A stretch of DNA of 42,978 nt from Chiloscyllium plagiosum (taxonomy: Eukaryota), in assembly GCF_004010195.1 (NCBI RefSeq), contig NC_057757.1, positions 6,852,142 to 6,895,119 of the forward strand, given 5' to 3'. Each line of letters starts with the position of its first letter. Positions within the stretch are counted from its first letter, which is position 1. Positions 10,100-22,915 of the stretch are shown here, in pieces. Position numbers and translations under genes: made by a program. Under the pieces are notes generated by a model. That model searched no databases. It was not told the DNA's origin and saw only the letters and a list, made by a program, of their open reading frames with translations.

Positions 10100-12088
10100 C
10101 CACTTTTAGCATCACTTCTGCTTGTGCTGCCACTTTCAGGAAGCTATGGACTTGCACCCCAAGATGTCTCTGTATATAGAACGTACAACAGTATAGTACC
10201 AGAACAGGCCATTCAGCCCATGATATAATGCAGATCATGACTATGGACATGTAGAAGGGATTAATTGAATTTAGCCAGTTAAATTAATCCCTTCTATCTG
10301 TCCATAGTCAATATCCTTCTATTCCTCGCTTAATCATGTGTTTTTCTAAAGGTACCTTAAACACCCTTATTCAATCTGCTTCCACTACTATCCCTGACAG
10401 CGTGTTCCAGGCACCTACCACTCTGTTTTAAAGAAACGTCTTGCCCCCTCACAGCTCCTTTGAAATTTTCCCCCTTACCTGATTATATGCCCTGTAGTCT
10501 TAGATGTTTCAGCGCTAGGAAAAGATTGACTGTCAACATGTTCTATGCCTCTCATAACTTTATGAACTTCTATCAGGTCTCCCCTCTGCCTCCATTGCTC
10601 CAGAGAAAGCAACCCTAAGTTTGTCTCGCCTCTCTTTATAGCTCATACTCTCTAATCCAGGCAGCAGCCTGGCAAAACCTTTCTGCACCCTCTCAAAAGC
10701 CTCCACATCCTTCCTGTAGTGTGGTGACCAGAACTGAACACAATACTCAAAGTTTGGCTAAACCCAAATTGATAGAGCTACAATTTCATTTCCTTACTCT
10801 TGTATTTGATGCCACAGCCAATAAAATGAAGCATGTATATGCCTTCTCTATCATCCTATCTACTAATGTGACTATTTTCAGGGAGCTATAGACTAGGACC
10901 CCAAGATCCCTCTGTACATCATTGCTGTTAAGGGTCCTGCCATTATACGTTCCCTTAACATCTGATCACTCAGTGTAACACCTTGTGCTTGCCTGGATTA
11001 AAGTCCATCTGCCATTTCTCCGACCATGTCTGGAACTAATCTATATCCCACTGTATCTTTTGACAACCTACAGTATTCACAACCCCCCCAATCTTTGTTT
11101 CATCTGCAAACTAACAAATCTATGTTTTCATCTGAGTCACTTATATAAATCGCAAACAGCAGAGGTCCCATTACGGATCCCTGCGGAACGCCACTGGTCA
11201 CGGACCTCCAGCCTGAGAAACACCCTTCTCCTACTACCCTCTGCCTTCTATGGGCAAGCCAATTCTGAATCCCCACGCAGTGGATCCAAGCACGCATCTT
11301 AATCATCTCTGTGAGCCCACCATGAGGTACTTTGTCAAAGTCCATGTAAACAATATATACCGCTCTACCCTTATCAGTCACCCTGTCATCTCCTCAAAAA
11401 AATCAATCAAATTAGTAAGATATGAACTGCCCCACACAAAGCCATGTTGAGCGGTCCTAATTAAGCCATGCCTTTCCAAATGCATGTAAATCCTATCCCA
11501 TAGAATCCTCTGCAATAACTTCCTGGTCACTGGTCTATAATTTCCTGAATGATCCCTATTTCCCTTCTTGAACAGAGGAACAACATTAGCTCAGGTCAGT
11601 CCTCAGGTTAGAGCAGATACAAAGATCTTTGTATCTTTGGCAGGGCTTCTAAAAGTCCTGCCATTTGCTGTATGCTTTCCTCCTGCATTTGACCTCCCAA
11701 AATCTACGACATCCCATTGGTCCAGATTAAACTCCATCTACCATTGCTTTACCCACTTTCTAACTGGCCTACATCCTGATGTATCATTTGATAACTTTCC
11801 TTACTATCCACAACTCTACCAATTTTCATTGCAAACTTTCTGATTAGACCACCACATTTTTTTCACCTAAATCCTCTGACTTTTTACAAACAGATCCCAG
11901 CACTGATCCTTCCAGAATACCACTGGTCACAGACCTCCAGTCAGAAAAGCATTGTCCACGGCTGCCATTTGTCTTCTGTGACTAAACCAGCTTTTCCCAA
12001 CTTGCCAACTCACCATGGATTCCATGTGACTTAATCTTCTGGACCGACCTATCATGAGGGACCTTGTCAAACGCTTTGGTCAAGTCAA
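10100..12088 (-). mobile_element. Degraded CR1 LINE fragments (at least two pieces)
   Basis: Minus-strand DKVPHG...SGVPQGSVMGPLLF (11100-11381), a CR1 3' end near 10177, and a second RT piece at 11640-12088. Confidence 0.85.
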
Positions 12089-12094
12089 TGTGGG

Positions 12095-13310
12095 CAATAT
12101 AATGACATCAAATTTGGGAGACAAGACTTATATACTTAATGCTGAAAAAGTGCAGCAGGTCAGGCAGCATCCAAGAAGCAGGAGAATCGACGTTTCGGGC
12201 ATGAGCCCTTCTTTAGGAATCCAGCATCTGCAGTACTCACTTCCTCCTTATGTACTTAATGGTAAGGTTCTGTGGAGTGTTGCTGAACAAAGAGTCCTTG
12301 AAGTGCAGGCTCATAGCTCCTTGAAAGTGAAGTCACATGTAGATAGGATAGTGAAGAAGGCACTTGGTATGCTTTCCTTTCTTCATCAGAGCATTGAGTA
12401 TAGGAGTTGGAAGTCATGTTGAAGCTGTACAGGATATTGGTTAGGCTACTTTTGGAATATTGCATTCAATTCTGCTCTCTCTGCTACAAGAAGAATATTG
12501 TGAAACTTGAAAGTGGCCAGAAAAGATTTACAAGGATATTGCCAGGTTTGAAGTATTTGAGCTATAGGGAGAGGCTACATTGGCTACTTTCTCCGGAACA
12601 TCAGAAGCTGAGGCGTGACCTTATAGAGATTTATAAAATCATGCGGGGCATCGCTAGATTAAGTAGACATGGTCCTATTCCTGGGATGGAGGTATTCCAA
12701 AACTAGAGGACATAGGTTTAAGGTTAGAGGGGAATGGTTTAAAAGGGACATGAGGGGCAACTTTTTCATACAGGTGGTTGCACGTGTATGGAATGAAGTG
12801 CCAGAGGAAGTGGTGGAGGCTGGTACAATTACAACATTTAAAAGGCATATGGATGGGTATATGAACCGGAAGTGTTTGGAGGGATATGGGCCAAATGCTG
12901 GCAAATTGGACTAGGTTACTGGCTTTTATTGGTAGAGGAATTGAGTTCCGGAGTACTGAGATCATATTGCAGTTGTATAAGACTCTGGTGCGGCCGCATC
13001 TGGAGTATTGTGTGCAGTTTTGGTCGCCATACTATAGGAAGGATGGGGAGGCACTGGAACGGGTGCAGAGGAGGATTACCAGGATGTTGCCTGGTATGGT
13101 AGAAAGATCGTATGAGGAAAAGCTGAGGCACTTGGGGAGGTGGGCTTGGGTCGGCGCAACATCGAGGGCCGAAGGGCCTGTACTGCGCTGTATTCTTCTA
13201 TGTTCTATGTTCTATGTTCTATGTTCTATGTTTATCTTGGACATCTGATCGGCATGGACGATTTGGACTAAGAGATCTGTTTCCATGTTGTGTATCTCTA
13301 TGACTCTAAT
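12095..13310 (+). mobile_element. CR1 LINE 3' portion containing a nested second CR1 (about 12919-13230) and a Penelope insert
   Basis: LVRLLLEYCIQF and TRGHRFKVRG. The nested copy has LVRPHLEYCVQFWSP, an internal deletion near 13138 and a (ttctatg)n tail at 13196-13230. Confidence 0.88.
12142..12246. mobile_element. 105-bp Penelope-derived insertion with 15-bp TSD
   Basis: cttatatacttaatg (12127-12141) and cttatgtacttaatg (12247-12261) flank a minus-strand hammerhead-bearing segment (gacgtttcgggcatgagcccttctttagg) joined to a plus-strand terminus (ccagcatctgcagtactcacttt). Confidence 0.8.
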
Positions 13311-14724
13311 GGAAGTCAATAAATGTTTACACATGTCATATATTCTAAGGTTATTTGGTTATCTCCTGTATTAGAACTTATCAAAAACCTTCTGAAAATC
13401 TGAGTGCACTGCAGGCAGAAATTACACCTTTGCTACTTTGTTCAGATAATCCACACATAAGGACAACTGGCAGGCTGTTGAAAATACATTCCCATTCATA
13501 CATTTGTATCAACCCTGCCCAGTTATTTTCTCAGTGCCCATTTGCCAACAGCTTTTACAATAAATCATTAATTTCCAACTATTTACATTGTATCTTAAAT
13601 TCGCCATTCCCTACTTTCTCCTTCTGTCCCTTCTTAAACAGTAGGGTATACACCTGCACCCTTTCACATTGCAGACACTGTCCCCAAGTTTACGTATTGG
13701 CCACCAACACCATCCAGTATCACCATGCTCCCTTTGTTCGTTGTTCTGAACATGTGTCCTGGTGATTTGTCAATTTCGCATAAGATTAATTTCACCAGTA
13801 CTCCTTTGTTTGCACAATACTTCTTTCTCAGTTCATCATTCTCACGAGTCCCTTCGATTCCGAAAATTTATGGGCAATTTTGTATTCCATGGAAACTGAC
13901 ACAGAGTCACGATTTGACCCCTTCTACCATTTGAACAGGAATCAAAAATACATTTGCCTGCGAACAGTTTTTTTAAGAGATCTTGAGCATCAATATATTT
14001 GTAATATGTTTAGAGTTCACCACATTACCCTTGAAACACATCGATCTTTAATTCATAGGATTTCTTTTTTTGTTTTCAAAGTATGAATCACATTAATTGT
14101 GTGCTTTCTCTTGGCATTTCTCTCTGACTCCCTCTCTTGCTATCTTACTGTACTTTTGTCAATCTGAAAGTTCATCCATGTGAAGACTTGTGCCTTTTTA
14201 CGATCACCTCTGTATATTTTTTACGTCTGTTCACCCATTTGTTTGCATTTTGCTATTATCATGTTTGGATATTTTGTTGGATCATTAATAACTTCCATTT
14301 TCAGTGTACATCAATAGAAGCCTCACAGAAATAAAGCAAATCCCTAAGAAAGATGCCTGGAGTCTTTTTTCTTCAAGAATGAGGTAGGTACGGCTTCTGT
14401 GGCTAAAGGGATTGGGGATATGGAGGAGATCAGGATTAGAGCATTGAACTCAACAACCACTCCTGATTATATTGGGTGGTGGAGCAGGCTCAAGGGTTAA
14501 ATAGATGACTCCTGCTCCTATCATCCCTGTTTCTATCACTCAAAACTGTTTTCCCTCCACAAATGTTGCTAGACCTGCTGAGTTTCTCTAGCAGTTTGTT
14601 TGATTTAGTCCAGCCCTCACTGTTGTGTCCAGTTCTGTGCAGAAATGATGGAGAGGACGTAAAATGGAAGATTTCAATGTTTCCCCGAAGGCTTCCCTCA
14701 AGGAAATCGACATTGATGTTAATC

Positions 14725-14980
14725 ACAGAATCCCCACAGTGCAGAAGAGGCCATTCAGCTGATCAGGTCATCACTGATCCACCAAAGAGCAGCCAACCCC
14801 ACCACCCTATTGCTGTCACCCATCTGTACCGTGGCTAATCCAACTCATCTGCACATCTGTGGACTGGAGGAGGAAGCCAGAATACTCAGAGGAAATACAC
14901 GCAGACACAGGGAGAACATTCAATCCAGTTGCCCAAGGTTACACTTCAGCCCAGGTCCCAGGCAGCAGTGCTAACAACTG
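14725..14980 (-). mobile_element. HE1/V-SINE-like SINE, diverged
   Basis: Similar to 6924-7215 (ctgcacatctgtggact, gcagcagtgctaac). Confidence 0.75.
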
Positions 14981-15497
14981 ATCCAGTGCGCGGGGAGTGG
15001 GAGACCCTGGTTCAGGAGACACTGCCTTACAGGAAACTCCTGTCAGAAGGGACACAACTCCTTGAGAACACCTGCCAGGAAGAAGAAGGACAGAACAGGA
15101 ACCGGAGAAAGGAATGCCAGCGATTTCAAGACCAGAGACCAATTCGACCTTCCTGGAAATACCTGACAAACGTATGGTGGGAGATGTGGCTCTAGGATTG
15201 GGATCATCAGCTTCTCAGAGCTCCACAGAACCCGTGACCAGTGACACGTAAATTCCAAGGGGGTCAATCACACTTGTCAGTGAGTGATTACCAATGATGA
15301 CGGCACCAAGGAGATATAATCATTAAACTGGAGCCACTATTGCAATCTAACATGATCCCTTATACAAACCATATCCCCAGCACATTCATTCTTAATTAAT
15401 ACATTTCAATACTTGTACTTTGTAACATTTTGTGGAAAAGATAGACTCTGGTGGGGCCAGGTCATAAATCAGGTGGGATATGGGATACAAGCAAGAC

Positions 15498-16385
15498 CTA
15501 ATGGTGGGAAACACTCGGTATCTCTGATTTTCTCATGAAATGAGACATTGCTTTCAGTGGATATCGCACCCCATTGATGAGCTGTTCTCGAAATTCCCTC
15601 TGGCTCACTGCATAAATACATGTGTTTGGGCAGCAGCTCCAAAGGAGGAGCATGGGACTGGGTTTGGTCAAGGATAGACATGGGGTCACGGAAACCATGT
15701 GAAGAATAATGGTGTGTGACATGAATTAGTAAAACGTAGATGACATAGGAAACCCATAGATGACAGACCCTCTCCAGTTCTCCATCTCAGGACCATTTTG
15801 ATTTGGATGATTCCGTCTGCTCTGTAATCTCTGATGGATCTTACTGGATGCTAAAATGGGACGGACTGTCAGTACATTAAGCTGCAATATCAGAAATATT
15901 GGCAGCAGTGGTGTGAAACAGCGGTGAAACCAAGTATATGCTATCCAAGCATTTACATCATAAAAATCCCACTTTCTATTGCAACCTCCTGGTACATTGT
16001 CCTTTCTAGTTGTGAATTCATGAGCATAGTACCAAGGTATGTTCTTTAAACAGAACAAGGGACAGATCGATCCGATGATGGCAATTGTTGTTCTTTCACT
16101 GCAGTATTTAGTCTTGAACTCCTGGCAACAAATGGCAACAAACCGATCAAAAGTGAAACCAACTATGAGCCAGACTGAAATATCGGTGAAAGCATCATTT
16201 AGAATGGATTGGATGGAGCAGACTGCAGTAATGATCAGAAAGTTAGTTGGGATAAAAGAGGCTTTAATTCGAGTCAGGATCCTGTAATTGAGGTTGAGCA
16301 AGTAGATCAACCACTGCCATGGCCATCAAATACCAAGTGAGAGACTTAGAGCTGTGGGCGTGGGTCACAATCGTCAACAAGTTGG
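15498..16385 (-). pseudogene. GPR139/GPR142-like GPCR copy B, exon 2, multiply frameshifted
   Basis: Acceptor ttttgcag|, then (A)NLLTIV...YLMAMAVVDLL / TDISVWLIVGFTFDRFVAICCQEFKTKYC...TPLLPIFLIL / SCCPNTCIYAVSQREFREQLINGVRYP, broken across several ORFs. Confidence 0.88.
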
Positions 16386-16554
16386 CTGCAAAAGAGAAAT
16401 AAGTGGAGATGCTGAATAATAAATCAACAAGGCAGCTGGAGCAAGTACTTACATACCAGAACAGTTCCAAAGAAATGGAAGGCCAAAGTGATGGCTTACT
16501 TTTAAGAAAGATGGAAAAGTGCAAATAGGAAATTATAGCTAAGTGAATTAACAT

Positions 16555-17890
16555 TGGTAGTACACAAAAGGAAGGGATCTATTATAAAGGATTTACTAAC
16601 CGGATACCTTAAAAAGGATACTTCAAAACTCACAACATGATTAGGCAGAATGAGCACACATTATTGAAAGCAAAATGATATTGTGAGATCTGAGATATTC
16701 TGAGAATTTAGATTGTGCAATGGATATGAAGGTTGTTTGATGATTGTCTGTTCAGGCATCAAAGAAAGGTAACAAGCTTTGATATGTTTGTATTGTGAAA
16801 GTATGACTTAAGGTGTACTATTAATGCAATTGCTTTGGACTGAGAATTTATTAATTAATTGAAAACAAAAATTGATAATTAACTGGACATTGTTGATTTG
16901 GTGACCTGTACTTAGTGACACACCGCAAGGGCAAGCAGCTTCTGACAAACTGTGTTAATATTTGAGGCGTGCAATGTGTGCAGCTTATCCATGCTTTCTA
17001 ATTATACAAAGTTGAAGGTAATAACTGGAAGTGGGGAAGAGACAGAGGAAGCTCTGTGGAATACAGACACATTGGAAGAGTGGAAAATAATATTACAGAC
17101 AGAGAAAGATGTGTTCAGTTGTAAACATATGCATGTCCCAAAGGAAGATTAAAGACAACGTATTTATTGACTGGTGAGAAGGTTCATTTTATTGGTGTGT
17201 GCAGGTACCTGGCTCTCCTTGCACATCATAGAATCACAGAGCCCCTCTACTGCAGAAGGAGGCCATTCAGCCCATTGACTCCACACCAACCCTTCAAACA
17301 GCACCCTTCTCACACCCAGTCCCCTACTGTATCCAGTAACCCCATATTTACCGTGGCTTATCTACCTAGCCTACACATCCCTGAACACTATGGTCAATTT
17401 CAATATGGCCAATCCACCTAACCTGCACATTTTTATGACTGTGGGGGGAAACTGGAGCACCCAGAGGAAACCCACGCAGACACAGGGAGAACGTGCAAAC
17501 TCCACAAAGACAATTGCCTGAGGCTGGAATCGAACCCAGGTCTCTGGTAGCTGTGAGGCAGCAGTGCTAACCACTGAATCAGTGAAAGTTAATGTGAACA
17601 CGAGAGAGGCAGTAAGGAAGTCAAATTGTTCATTGATATCAGTCACAACTAGATTAAGATGGAAGAACAAGGATTGCAAGTAAATTGTAGCAAGCCCCAA
17701 TTTTAAATGAAAAAAGAATGAAAATGCTGATTTGTGTGTCCGTTTTGTGCAATTAATAACATCTCGGTTAGACCACAGCTGGTGTCCTCTGATCAGATCT
17801 GATATCCTGAGCTAAAGATGGACATAGTTTCTCCAAAGGGACTGAAATGACGTAACAACAGATTATTTCCTGAGATACCCAGAGTGTTAT
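16555..17890 (+). mobile_element. Highly decayed CR1 LINE remnants
   Basis: Residual RT-region motifs (attaggcagaatgagcac, agtgacacaccgcaaggg, tcggttagaccacagctgg), interrupted by a SINE. Confidence 0.55.
17227..17577 (-). mobile_element. HE1/V-SINE-like SINE
   Basis: ggagaacgtgcaaactccac...gaacccaggtctctgg...gcagcagtgctaaccactg, shared with 6924-7215. Confidence 0.88.
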
Positions 17891-18622
17891 ATTGTTGACA
17901 ATGTTTGTAAAAACCCAACTGATTCACCAAAATCCTTTAGGAAAGGATAGCTGGCATTCTTACACAGCCTGGGCAACGTATGACTCCAGACCCACAACAA
18001 TGGGCTGACTCCTAACTGCCCTGTGGGTAATAAATGCTGACTGATAGTTCTTAGGGCTAAAGGGTTTAGGGAGAAAGCAGGAACAAGACTGAGTTGGATG
18101 AGCAGCCACGATCATATTGAATGGCGGAGCAGACTCAAAGGGCTGAATGACCTACTCCTGCTCCGATTTCCTCTATTTCTGTGTTTAGTCAGTGACTTCC
18201 ACACCCCCTGAATGAATCAAACAGATTCTAATCATAAATCAACAGCACAGTGGTAGGGGTTGATTCGCTCAGTGATTGGGAAGCTGGTTTGTAATGTGAA
18301 GCAATAACTGACAACATGGTTTCACTTCCTGCTCTAGCTGAGGTTATCCTGATATTCCCTTCTCAACCTCACCTAAGAAATGGTAGTCATCAGATTATAT
18401 TCCAAGCCTGGTTGAAGGCTTGATACTTCCCATATTTTAATTAAAGGCTATAACTGTGCCTTCATCAGAGATTACAATAAAGCAATACTCTGAATGAAAT
18501 AGTGATATGGAAGACAAAAAACATTTACTTCAGTTCAGAAATGGGTAAAGAAAATACTTGAATAGCAACTTCGATAAGAGCAGCAACACAGACAGAACAT
18601 ATTTAATAGTGGAAGAGACCTC

Positions 18623-18693
18623 CTGGGGATTCCAACAGCTGCTCGAATTATATAGTAAATGAGTACTGTCTGCACAATGGCTGGCCATTTCAC
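18623..18693 (-). pseudogene. Probable exon 1 remnant of GPCR copy B
   Basis: GTG KWPAIVQTVLIYYIIRAAVGIP aligns with IQRIYYPVLAAVGVP of copy C exon 1. The start appears mutated to GTG and the GT donor is lost (ccccag gaggt). Confidence 0.7.
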
Positions 18694-19140
18694 AAAAGGA
18701 CACTCTGTGAAAAGCACTCCCAATTTGTCTAAGTAAGTGGCCTTTGACAAGAGGCTCCAACTGATTCGGGGTGATGGGGAACGCAGAGTGAGCCTTCCTT
18801 TCTAACTGAGAGAAAGCTCCTGTGGGATCACAGCACAGGTGGAGCAGTGATATTCCTTCTGGCTTTCCATTCTCCATTATGTATGAGCCCCTCGTGAAAG
18901 CAAATCCAACTGAGACAGCAGTGTTGCAACAGATTAGGATTACAATTTGTCACACTTATTTCTCATGTCTGCCACTGCACCAATTGAATGGTTGATATGC
19001 TTTTCACAAAATAAGATTCAAACATTTATAAAATGTATTTGTGTGAGGACAAGCTTGTGATTGGATTGGCACAAAACACATTCAGAACAACAAGATTTTT
19101 TGAGATTTGTGGGGAAAATAACACTTGAACTGCCAGGGCG

Positions 19141-19465
19141 CTAAGGCTCCTCAGACAGCACCTTTCAAACACACAATACTCATGAAGGACAAGGGTAGCA
19201 GATGCACGGGAACACCACCACCCCCTCCCCCACTTCAAGTTCCCCTCCAAGCCACTCACCATCCTGACTTGGAAATATGTTACTCTTGTGTCAATGTCAT
19301 TGGGTCAAAATCCTGGAATTCCCTCCTTATTGGTATGGTGTGTGCCCCTAAGTCACACGGACTATAGCAGGTTCAGTAAGGCAGCTCACTCCCACCTTCT
19401 CAAGGGACAACTAGAGATGGACAATAAATGCTGACCCAGCCATTGACAGCTGTGTGCTATGAATT
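19141..19465 (+). mobile_element. CR1/L2-group LINE 3' end
   Basis: caagttcccctccaagccactcaccatcctgacttggaaat...gggtcaaaatcctggaattccctcc...aataaatgctg. Confidence 0.65.
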
Positions 19466-19736
19466 AAACAATCAAAGGTGGTAAATTGTGTTTATTGAAA
19501 TGAAATTAGAATAAATTCCTTTTCGGGAAAGTAAAGATGTCATCAGAAGTTACAGATTACAACAAGAAGAAAGACTACACCTCTCTTTTCCAAAGGTTCA
19601 GCAGCAGTAACAGGGACTTGTAAATCAAACAGAGAGGTCATGGAGCAGAACATCTGTGGAAATCGACATTCCTCAGGATTCTGTGGGCTCCATAAAGGAT
19701 TCAAGTTACTTTACAGCATTTTAAAACACGGGAAAC

Positions 19737-19781
19737 TCTCACTGATGACGTTACCTAGTCATGGTGATGAAACGTCTGAAA
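19737..19781 (+). ncRNA. Minimal type I hammerhead ribozyme within a Penelope-like fragment (about 19715-19858)
   Basis: tca-CTGATGA-c-gttacc-tagtcat-ggtgat-GAAAC-GTC-tga: intact core, stem II, palindromic ACGT stem III, GUC cleavage triplet, stem I tca/tga. Confidence 0.7.
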
Positions 19782-20019
19782 ACAAACCTTCCAGCTCAAT
19801 GAACTAACTTACATACTTATCATCAACCTGAGCTTCAAATCTTCTCAAAAATCACTAACAATTATTATCCATTCTCCCAAGTTTCACTTTTATACTTTCA
19901 ATGATATCCGTGAAGTGCCGGCCGAGGGAGAAAACACATTTCAGGGAGGGGTTCAGGACATTCAAATACTTGGGCCAGCACCTCTAATCAGTTAGATTAC
20001 ACTCGTGGTATCTCACAAT

Positions 20020-22120
20020 CATTTTCCCTCTGTTGTTTAACGTTGCTGTTATCACGACCAAACCAGACTGTATTGATATAAAAAGAGCAAAACCTGGAGA
20101 AATTGGATCTTGAGAGAGATACAATCTTGTATCAAGAGGGGAAAAAGGAGAGTTATGGCAGATACTTAGAGAACAAGACAGCAGAAGCCCTGAAGGAGCA
20201 TAGACCTGCTATAGTCCATGTGACTTAGGGGCACACACAATACCAATAAGGAGGGAATTCCAGGATTTTGACCCAACGACATTGACACAAGAATAACATA
20301 TTTCCTAGTCAGGATGGTGAGTGGCTTGGAGGGGAACTTGAAGTTAGGAGAGTATAAGGGAGTCATGAAAGGATACTAGCAGGAAAAATAAAGGAAAATT
20401 CTAAGACATTTTGCAAGTACATTCAGTATAAAAGGGTAGGGATAGAAAGAGTTGGGTCTGCTGACGACCATGCTGGGACTGTGTGCATAGAGCCAGATGA
20501 TGTGAGCAGGATTCTAAATGAAGAATTTGCATCTGTGTTCACAAGTGAGAATAATGATGGGCCAATCAAGAAGAAGGATTGAAAATATTCGAAGAAATTA
20601 GCATCAAGAGACAGGAGGTTGTGAGTAGTCTTGCTCTCTTAAATATAGATAAATCTGTAGAACAGAATGGAATGTATTGCAGGTTATTGAGAGAGGTAAG
20701 GGAAGAAATAGTAGGGGGACTGGCAATAATTTTCAGATCCCCTCTGGCCACAGGATAGATACCAGATGTCTAGAGGGCAATCAATGTCGGATTGTTATTC
20801 AAGGAGGGAGCAAAGGATAAACCAGGAAACTACAGGCCAGTCAGTCCAACCTCAGTGATAAGGAAACTAATCTAAGTGATTCTAAGGAACAGAATTAATC
20901 TGCATTTGGAGAGGCAGGGATTAATCAAAAAGAATCAGTGTGGTTCTATTAAGGGGAATTCATCTCTGGCAAACTGGGCGTAATATTTCAGAGGGAACAA
21001 GCTGTGCACTTGAAGGCAATGCTTGGACTTCAGCAAGGCTTTTGTTAAGATCCTGCGTGGGAGACTGATAGCTAAGGTAAGAAAGCAGGGGATCCAAGGA
21101 AATTTGACAAATGTGATCCATAATTTACTGAGTGGCAGGGAGAAGTGGGTGATAATTGAGGGATGTTTTTGTGAGCGCCTCTTGGGAAGTCTGTGTCCAA
21201 TAGGATCCAGCAGGGGGCAGTGTTGGGGCCCTTTGCTGTTTATGATTGATATGAATGATTGAGACTGGAATGGAGGAGGGTTGGTCAGTAAGTTCTCGGA
21301 GGATACAAAAAATTTTGGAGTGGTAAACAGTGAAAATGCTAGCCTTAGATTACAGGAGGATATAGTTGGGCTGGTCAGATGGGCTGATCAGTGGCAGATG
21401 GCATTCAATCCGGATGAGGGGAAGGTGATGCACTTGTGCAGAACAAGCAAGGCAAGGGGATACACGATGAATGATAGGAACCTGGGAATCATCAAGGATC
21501 AGCGGGACAATGGTGTGCATGTATTCCAGTTTTCTTAAGGTATCAGGACAGGGGATAAATTAGTTAAGGAGGCATTTGGGACACTTGCCTTTATGAGTTG
21601 AGGCAAAGAGATTAAGAGCAAGCAGGTAATTCTGGAATTGTGTACAACGGTGGGTGGACTACATCTAGCGTATTATGTGCAGTTCTGCAATCCACATTAC
21701 AGGAAGGGGGTGTGATAACACTGGAGACGGTGCAGAAGAGATTTCCCTGGATTTTGCCTAGGCTGGAAAGTTTCAGTTACAAAGACAGATTGGACAGTTT
21801 CCATAGAACTGAGCAGATTGAGAGGAGCCATGATTGAGATGTGTAAAATCATGAAGGGCGTAGACAGGGTGGACAGGAAGGAAGCTTTCCCCGTGTAGGA
21901 GGAATTAATAACCCATACAGAATTATGATAAGGGGCAGAAGGTTGATGTGAGAAAAAGCATTTTCACTCAGAGGGTGAAAGAGAACCTGGGCTCACTGTT
22001 TGTAAGGGTGGGAGAGGTAGGCATTCACATAACATTGCAGGAATATTTAAATGTGCATTTACGGTGCCAAGGCTTACAAGGCTATGGGTCAGGTCCTGGA
22101 AAATGGAGTTAGAATTGATG
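20020..22120 (+). mobile_element. Degraded CR1 LINE (ORF2 to 3' end)
   Basis: ccaggaaactacaggccagtcagtc (PGNYRPVS), DFSKAF, SKFSEDTK, WADQWQMAFN; many stops. Confidence 0.85.
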
Positions 22121-22142
22121 ATAGACTAAAGCATTTTCCCAA

Positions 22143-22915
22143 CTACAGAAGATAATTTAGGATGCTTTCTATGGTGGACCTATATACGTTTATAGGAGTC
22201 CATGTGGATGTACTGAATTTCCTTAGCCTCCTGAGGAAGTGGAGATGTTGTTGAGCTTTCTTGAGCGTTGCGTTGACGTGATTGGACCAGGACAGATTGT
22301 TGGCGATCGTCACTCCCAGGAACGTGGCGCTGTCGACCATCTCCTCCTCAGCCCCACTGATCCAGACAGGGGCGTGCTCTCCACTCTGCTTCCTGAACTC
22401 AATGACCAGCTCTTTCATTTTGCTGAGATTGATGGGGAGATTGGTGTCTTTACACCATGCCAGTAAGCACTCAATCTCTTTCCTGCCTTGTATGTTGTCA
22501 CTTGTTTCAAATCCGGCCTACACCGGTGGTGTTATCAGCAAACTTGTAAATGGCATTGGGTTGGAATTTGGCCGCACAGTGAGTGCATAAGGAGGATGTA
22601 GGAGGGCTGAGTGCACAGCCTTGTGGGCCACTGGGATTGAGGATTACGGAGGAGGTGGTGTTGTTGCTTATTCTTACTGATTGTGGTCTATGGGTCAGGA
22701 AGTTGTGGAGTGAGTTACAGAGAGTGGGGCTTGGGGGTGGGGGAGAGGTGAAGAGAGAATGGGTGGGTGGCAGGGGCAGATGCCAAAACATTGGTCTCTG
22801 AGTATGAAGATGAATTTGTTTGGAATTATGGTGTTGAAGGTGGAACTGTACTCGGAGTTTGACACAGGTATCCTTGTTAACCAGATGTTCCATGGCTGAG
22901 TGTAGGATCACTAAC
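22143..22915 (-). mobile_element. Rex1/Babar-like LINE RT fragment
   Basis: GPQGCALSP, KFADNTT, KELVIEFRK, FLGVTIANNLSWS, KKAQQHLHFLRRLRKF, YRSTIESIL. Confidence 0.85.
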
